From Treponemataceae bacterium (GTDB lineage Bacteria > Spirochaetota > Spirochaetia > Treponematales > Rectinemataceae), in assembly GCA_963677895.2 (NCBI GenBank), contig CAXXGJ010000025.1, forward strand, positions 1 to 64,000: 64,000 nucleotides of DNA, given 5' to 3'. Made by a program: the position numbers and the translations under genes. Position 1 is the stretch's first letter. Each line of letters starts with the position of its first letter. Of this stretch, positions 59,249-64,000 are shown piece by piece. The notes beneath the pieces are model-generated. The model did no database searches. It had not been told where the DNA came from and saw nothing but the letters and a program-made list of their open reading frames with translations.

Positions 59249-61474
59249 TTATTGGACTGAAACAGTTTTTTCCAGATGCTCGCTCTGACGGATCAGAAGC
59301 CTCATGAGCCCGAAAACCGCAAGGACGATGACGATCAGGGTCGTCGAAAGGACGCTCGCCAGACCGAAACGGATATTCTCGGAGAAGTTGTATATCTGGA
59401 TAGTGATATGGTACCAGCGCGCGCTGATGAGGAAGATGATGGCGCTCACCGCCGTCATGGAGCGCACGAAGGTGTAGGACATGGACGAGATGAAGGCCGG
59501 CCTGATGAGGGGCATGATGATCGTCCTGAAGATCACGGACTGGTCGGCGCCGAGATCGGCGGCCGCCTCCTCGATGGAGGGGTCTATCTGCCTCAGGGCG
59601 GCCACGCCGCCCTCCAGCCCTACGGGAAGTTCGCGGATCACGTAGTTGATGACGAGGATGGCGCCCGTTCCCACGAGGAGAAGCGGCGGCTTGTTGAAAG
59701 CCAGGATATAGCTGATGCCCACGAGGGTTCCGGGGAGGGCGAACGGAGTCATGATCAAGCCTTCGAGAATCTTCTTGCCCGGGAATTTCTTGCGCACGAC
59801 GATGACGGCCGCGACCATGGCCAGGATGCCGGCGATGGGCGTCGCCATGCCCGCCAGCGCCATCGTGGAGAAGAGCGCCTGCTTGCCCCGCGTCAGGGCT
59901 TCGCCGAAATTGGCCAGGGTGAAGGTATAGTCGATGCCCCAGTTCTTGACGAAACAGCCCGCGACGATCGTCCCGTAGAGAGCGACGATGAAGACGCTCA
60001 CGACGGCGACGAATGCCACCAGCCCTCTTCTCGCCCCCGGGGAAGCCAGGTCGGAAAGCCTCATGGAAGGCTTGCCGGTAACGACGACGAATGACTTCTT
60101 GTTCACCCAGGAACGCTGGACGAAAAACGCGCTCAGGGTGGGCAGAAGCAGAAGTATGGATAGTGCGGCTCCGTTGGACAGCCGGTTCATCCCGGTCACT
60201 TCGATATAGGACTCCACCGACAGGACGCGATAGGACCCGCCCAAAAGAAGGGGGTTGGCGAAATCGGCCAGGGAGTTCGTAAAGACGAGGAGCCAGGACG
60301 ACAGTATCCCAGGGAAGGCGAGCGGCAGGGTTACGTGCGTGAAAGTGTGCCATCGCGACGCGTTGAGATCGAGGGAAGCGTCCTCGAGGGTCGAATCTAT
60401 GGCTTGCAGCACGCCCTGCATGGTGAGAAAGGCGATGGGGAACATCGAAATCGTCTGCACGACGGTCAGTCCGCCCAGTCCGTAAATGCTGAAATTCTCG
60501 AGTCCCAGAAGCCTTTTCGTGATCAACCCGTTGTTGCCGAATAGGAGGATGATCGACAGCGTGAGGGAGAAAGGCGGCGAAATCACCGGCATCGTCGCGA
60601 GCGCCGTGACCAGTTTTTTCCCCTTCATGCTGGTTCTCGCCACGGCGAAGGCGAAGATGAAGCCGATGAAGGTCGATGCCGTAGCCGTGTAGATGCCCAG
60701 GTGAATCGATCCCCACAGCGCTTTCAGGTATTGGGCGTTGCCGAGCACCGTCTTCCAGGTGGCGAAGGTGAACCTTTCGTTGGTGACGAAGGTGAGCCTG
60801 ACGGCCTCGAAAAGCGGGTAGGCCACGAAGGCTATGACCACGGCGAAAAGAACGAGAATGGCATAGCCGGTGATGGGATCCCTGAAAAAAGTGGCCACGC
60901 CGAAGGCGAGCGCGAAAAGCAGGAAGGCTATCAGCGTAAAGCCGTCCAGGAGGGAGGCGAAGGACGAGGTTCTGGCCGCGTCCACGGCTATAAGGACAAA
61001 CCCCGACGCCGCGTCGTTCGTCTCGTTGATGATAGGCGCCACGACAAGATTTCGCGCCGAATCGCCTATCCTGACGGATTCGGGAAGTATGAACGTTTCC
61101 AGATAAGAGACCGAGTCGACAGCTTCGGTAAGGACGGGCGAATCCTTAACCTGGGAATTCCAGTAGTCGACGAGCCCGGCGTCGCCGGCGACCTCGTGAT
61201 AGCCCTCTTCCCCGGGCAGGCCCATAAAATAATAGAAGGAATAGCCTGGATAGCTCTGCAGAAGCCCATCCAGCCACTCCGCCGCCATGGCCTCATCCCT
61301 TGGAGCCGATCTGGCGATCGCCAGCGCCAGCGTCTTCGAGTTCTGCGTCATGCTTTTCTCAAAACTGGTCTTCACGGTCGAGAACATCCACAGGTCGGCG
61401 GCCAGAAAAACGGCGCAGGCTGCTATAAAAATCAGAATTTTCTTTTTCGTGAACACGATTCGTTCATCTCCCAT
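59249..61474 (-). CDS. AfuB/FbpB-type double-domain ABC permease with an extra N-terminal periplasmic domain
   Basis: Two EAA motifs (LEDASLDL, IEEAAADLGA), SLADFANP and PGTLVGI; about 195-aa N-terminal extension. Start uncertain (ATG 61474 or GTG 61456). Confidence 0.88.
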   Translation of the reverse strand: MGDERIVFTKKKILIFIAACAVFLAADLWMFSTVKTSFEKSMTQNSKTLALAIARSAPRDEAMAAEWLDGLLQSYPGYSFYYFMGLPGEEGYHEVAGDAGLVDYWNSQVKDSPVLTEAVDSVSYLETFILPESVRIGDSARNLVVAPIINETNDAASGFVLIAVDAARTSSFASLLDGFTLIAFLLFALAFGVATFFRDPITGYAILVLFAVVIAFVAYPLFEAVRLTFVTNERFTFATWKTVLGNAQYLKALWGSIHLGIYTATASTFIGFIFAFAVARTSMKGKKLVTALATMPVISPPFSLTLSIILLFGNNGLITKRLLGLENFSIYGLGGLTVVQTISMFPIAFLTMQGVLQAIDSTLEDASLDLNASRWHTFTHVTLPLAFPGILSSWLLVFTNSLADFANPLLLGGSYRVLSVESYIEVTGMNRLSNGAALSILLLLPTLSAFFVQRSWVNKKSFVVVTGKPSMRLSDLASPGARRGLVAFVAVVSVFIVALYGTIVAGCFVKNWGIDYTFTLANFGEALTRGKQALFSTMALAGMATPIAGILAMVAAVIVVRKKFPGKKILEGLIMTPFALPGTLVGISYILAFNKPPLLLVGTGAILVINYVIRELPVGLEGGVAALRQIDPSIEEAAADLGADQSVIFRTIIMPLIRPAFISSMSYTFVRSMTAVSAIIFLISARWYHITIQIYNFSENIRFGLASVLSTTLIVIVLAVFGLMRLLIRQSEHLEKTVSVQ

Positions 61475-61552
61475 AAATATAAAGGCAACTGGACAATCGA
61501 GCGACGACAACCGCCGCATTCGGTTCAACATCCAGTTGCCTTTCAGCGCTTA

Positions 61553-61595
61553 CCCGATCATTCGATGATCGGGCGGAGTCATCTCATCGGGATGA
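61553..61595 (-). promoter_or_regulatory. Intercistronic stem-loops between the SBP and permease genes
   Basis: cccgatcat-tcg-atgatcggg (61553-61573) and tcatctc-atc-gggatga (61579-61595). Confidence 0.55.
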
Positions 61596-61607
61596 AAGAA
61601 ATCCTGC

Positions 61608-62603
61608 TCAGCGTTTGGATCCGATTTCCTTTACCCAGCGCTCGAGAAGCCTTTCCTTGTTGCTCGCGTCCCAGACGATATCCTGCTTGACTGTCTTCAC
61701 TTCGGTCATGCTGAAGGCGGCCGGATTTTTCTTAGCCAGCTTGGAGAGCGGGACGACATACCACTTCGCGATGATTTCCTGGGCTTCGGGCTGAAGAACC
61801 CAGTCGTAGAGCTTTTTCGCGTTGACAGGATCGGGGCCGCCCTTCACGAGGGACATGGAGGCGATCTCGAAACCGGTGCCTTCGGAGGGAATCGTGAGCG
61901 TGACGTCGGCGCCCTGAACCTTGAGCTTGACCTGGTCGTGCGCATACCCTATGCCGACGGGAATCTCGCCGATAGCGACGCTTTTCCCCGGCGCCGAACC
62001 GGATTTCGTGTACTGGTCGATGTTCTTGTCAAGTTCCCTGAGGTAGCTGAATACCTTCTCCTCATCGCCGTTGAACACGTAACGGAGGGTGGTCACCAGA
62101 TTGTATGCCGTTCCCGATGTCGTGGGATTGGGCATGCGGATCTTGCCCTTATATTCCGGCTTGAGAAGGTCGGCCCAGGACTTCGGAGGCTGGAGCCCCT
62201 GTTCTTTGGCGATCTTGTTATTGGTGATGAAGGAGAGGGGACCAAGGTAAAGTCCTACCCAGTAGTTTTCCGTGTCGCGGTATTCGGCGGGGGTATTGGC
62301 GAGCATCTTGGATTTGTAGGGAGTCGTGAGTCCCTTGATCTTGGCGCTCATGTGGTTGAGTCCGACGCCGCCGACCCAGATGGAAGCCTGGGGATTGGCT
62401 TTTTCGGCCTCAAGCCTGCTTTCCACTTCTCCGCCCGAAAGTCTCTGCCAGCTGATCTGGATACCGGTTTCTTTCTGGAACTGGTCGAAGAGTTCCTTGG
62501 CGAGGGGTTCCTCGAGCGTCGTGTAGACGCCGACTTTCTGCTGGGCGGTCACAAAACCCGTCGCGAGCACGAGGACGACGAAAAGCGTCAATAAACGTTT
62601 CAT
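61608..62603 (-). CDS. AfuA-like ABC substrate-binding protein (probably sugar-phosphate binding)
   Basis: Signal peptide; RLSGGE, PNPTTSGTAY, YTKSGSAP, GYAHD and EGTGFEI motifs; SD GGAGG. Confidence 0.82.
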   Translation of the reverse strand: MKRLLTLFVVLVLATGFVTAQQKVGVYTTLEEPLAKELFDQFQKETGIQISWQRLSGGEVESRLEAEKANPQASIWVGGVGLNHMSAKIKGLTTPYKSKMLANTPAEYRDTENYWVGLYLGPLSFITNNKIAKEQGLQPPKSWADLLKPEYKGKIRMPNPTTSGTAYNLVTTLRYVFNGDEEKVFSYLRELDKNIDQYTKSGSAPGKSVAIGEIPVGIGYAHDQVKLKVQGADVTLTIPSEGTGFEIASMSLVKGGPDPVNAKKLYDWVLQPEAQEIIAKWYVVPLSKLAKKNPAAFSMTEVKTVKQDIVWDASNKERLLERWVKEIGSKR

Positions 62604-62646
62604 TTTAGCCTCCGAAAAAAAACGAGTTGAAATATACGATGAGCCC

Positions 62647-62675
62647 ATAATACGCCCACCGGATAAAATCCGCAA
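62647..62675 (-). promoter_or_regulatory. Putative sigma70 promoter of the Afu-like operon
   Basis: TTGCGG-17 nt-TATTAT. Confidence 0.6.
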
Positions 62676-62775
62676 TATAAAAGCTCGCAAAACCGGTTTT
62701 CACGAGTGTTTCTTTTTAACACATTGTCTAGGGTGTTTTTAATACAGGTGTATTCAACGGGAACATAAAAGACGG

Positions 62776-62880
62776 AATTCCCGAGGCGCTGTTCCCGCCT
62801 GTCTCGCGGGCGATTAAACCCCAGGGCTTTTCGCTCGCTTTTACGTCAATCCGCGAGACATCGGGCTCAACAAGGGAATT
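62776..62880. repeat. Nested inverted-repeat element in an intergenic region
   Basis: aattccc (62776-82)/gggaatt (62874-80); tgtctcgcgg (62800-09)/ccgcgagaca (62851-60); flanking cccg/cggg. Confidence 0.7.
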
Positions 62881-62962
62881 GGAGAAATATATAAATCTAT
62901 TCAATATATATAATTAGAAATTACTCAAATTTTATAATATTTTTTGTCGCGTTTTAAGTTTT

Positions 62963-62977
62963 TGGCACGCATTGTGC
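62963..62977 (+). promoter_or_regulatory. sigma54 (-24/-12) promoter of hsp20
   Basis: TGGCAC-GCATT-GTGC: GG and GC are exactly 10 nt apart; an AT-rich tract lies upstream. Confidence 0.75.
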
Positions 62978-63081
62978 ATAGTAATAGGTGGGCGCCAATA
63001 AGGGCCCCACCAGGATGTGGCGGCTTGTAGAGCCGAAGCCCATCCGGCGAATTCCGGAAATTCCGGATGTTTGGAGGTTTT

Positions 63082-63501
63082 ATGAACAACGTAACACTTT
63101 ATGGAAGCAATCCCTTCGATCTCATCGACCAGATGTTCAGCGGCGACGAATTCCTCTATCCGCAGTTCCGAACCCCGGCCATCGACGTCCGCGACGAAGA
63201 GAATCGCTATATAATCGAAGCGGAGCTTCCCGGCTATTCCGAGAAGGACATCAAGCTCGAAGTCAAGGACGGCACGCTTTCCCTCTCCACCGCGAAAAGC
63301 GATACGGAAGGCGAAAAGAACGAAAAGGGCCGCTGGCTGCATAGGGAACGCAGGGAATTCCGCTTCTCCCGCTCTTTCTCTCTTCCCGACGACGTGGACG
63401 CGGAGAAAATCGAAGCGAAATATAGGGATGGTCTCCTGACGATCTCTCTCGAAAAAAAGCCGGAGTCTGCTCCCCGCCTGGTGCCGGTAAAAGCGGCCTA
63501 A
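63082..63501 (+). CDS. Small heat-shock protein (Hsp20/alpha-crystallin family)
   Basis: PAIDVRD, AELPG, ERR...FSRSFSLP and AKYRDGLLTI; ATG 63082 after GGAGG. Confidence 0.95.
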   Translation: MNNVTLYGSNPFDLIDQMFSGDEFLYPQFRTPAIDVRDEENRYIIEAELPGYSEKDIKLEVKDGTLSLSTAKSDTEGEKNEKGRWLHRERREFRFSRSFSLPDDVDAEKIEAKYRDGLLTISLEKKPESAPRLVPVKAA

Positions 63502-63521
63502 GCTTCCAGTCCGGAACGATC

Positions 63522-63563
63522 GGGGCTGCCCGCGAGACAATCGCGGGCAGCCCCATTTTTTTT
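63522..63563 (+). terminator. Intrinsic terminator of hsp20
   Basis: ggggctgcccgcga-gacaa-tcgcgggcagcccc followed by a T8 run. Confidence 0.92.
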
Positions 63564-63579
63564 GCGAATTCGGCAACCC

Positions 63580-63621
63580 GTAACATATGTTACAGATCAT
63601 CGATGGGCGTCGCCTTATACT
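63580..63621 (+). promoter_or_regulatory. Crp/Fnr-family (HcpR-type) operator with -10 element
   Basis: Perfect palindrome GTAACatatGTTAC (63580-93); -10 TATACT (63616-21) puts the site centre at about -41.5. Confidence 0.7.
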
Positions 63622-63672
63622 CGAGATGAAAAACGGCGAGAAGTGGCCGGCAGACCACAAGGCGAGGGGAAA

Positions 63673-64000
63673 ATGGCGAAACGCACGATAATCGAAATAG
63701 ATCAGGATCTCTGCAACGGCTGCGGCGCTTGCGAAACAGGTTGCCCCGAAGGCGCCCTTAAGGTCATAGACGGAAAGGCCAGACTCGTCGGCGAAAGCCT
63801 CTGCGACGGGCTGGGCGCATGCATCGGCCGCTGTCCCGTGGACGCGATTCACGTCATCGAAAGGGAAGCCGACGCCTACGACGAGATCGCCGTGCTCAAG
63901 GAAATACTCCCCCAGGGTCAGAGCGTCGTGCGGGCGCATTTCGCCCATCTCGATCACCATGGCCAGGACCTTTATCTGGAAAGGGCTGTCGCTTACCTCT
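63673..64000 (+). CDS. 4Fe-4S dicluster protein (type often found with hcp), 3'-truncated; not in the ORF track
   Basis: ATG 63673 after GAGGGG: MAKRTIIEIDQDLCNGCGACETGCPEGALKVIDGKARLVGESLCDGLGACIGRCPVDAI...; open to the window end. Confidence 0.88.
   Translation, partial: MAKRTIIEIDQDLCNGCGACETGCPEGALKVIDGKARLVGESLCDGLGACIGRCPVDAIHVIEREADAYDEIAVLKEILPQGQSVVRAHFAHLDHHGQDLYLERAVAYL

Noticed and set aside
62700..62760. Repeated gtgt(t/a)tt motifs upstream of the Afu-like promoter as an operator
   Set aside because: Short and AT-rich with irregular spacing, and no cognate regulator nearby; too weak to support.
62776..62880. SRP RNA, 6S RNA or tRNA
   Set aside because: No SRP domain IV motif, too short for 6S and no cloverleaf on either strand. 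Kept only as an unexplained inverted repeat.

Overview
Chromosomal window from a GC-rich (roughly 60%, by eye) anaerobic spirochaete. The assignment is inferred from the TmpB/BB0323-like LysM lipoprotein, the type-2 IleRS and the Treponema-style ABC/LolA-like modules. About 50 CDS are present. No rRNA, tRNA, CRISPR array, integrase or transposase was seen. Content in order: the 3' end of a LolA-like + beta-barrel module; ileS; an RsiV-like gene; a repeat-expanded LysM lipoprotein; M23-ptsI-der-merR-M18 peptidase; a PEGA/FlgD protein-DUF362-class I fumarase-MFS operon; a PAS-GT2-SMR-GT-C envelope glycosylation cluster; a diguanylate cyclase; a C39-like peptidase; glpQ-ugpBAE; a hexuronate locus (uxaE, YesMN-like TCS, TRAP, SDR reductase, uxaC) with a divergent nickel-pincer LarA-family gene; a complete ABC (LolD, two LolE-like)-LolA-like-beta-barrel-TCS operon; a ubiD/ubiA/ubiX (MqnL/P/M-like) operon joined to an SsuABC-type importer; an AfuABC-like transporter whose permease has an extra Cache-like domain; hsp20 with a sigma54 promoter; and a truncated 4Fe-4S gene behind a Crp/Fnr (HcpR-type) box. 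The best candidates for undescribed biology are (1) a quinone-headgroup salvage operon (importer + prenyltransferase + prFMN decarboxylase, with no early mqn genes in the window), (2) a trans-envelope ABC-LolA-like-beta-barrel system present in two paralogous copies, (3) a UxuA-independent hexuronate route through a nickel-pincer epimerase, and (4) a sensor-domain-fused ABC permease. Single-base frameshifts in ileS, ubiD, one permease and one barrel gene look like homopolymer sequencing errors. All product calls come from motif recognition by eye; no searches were run.
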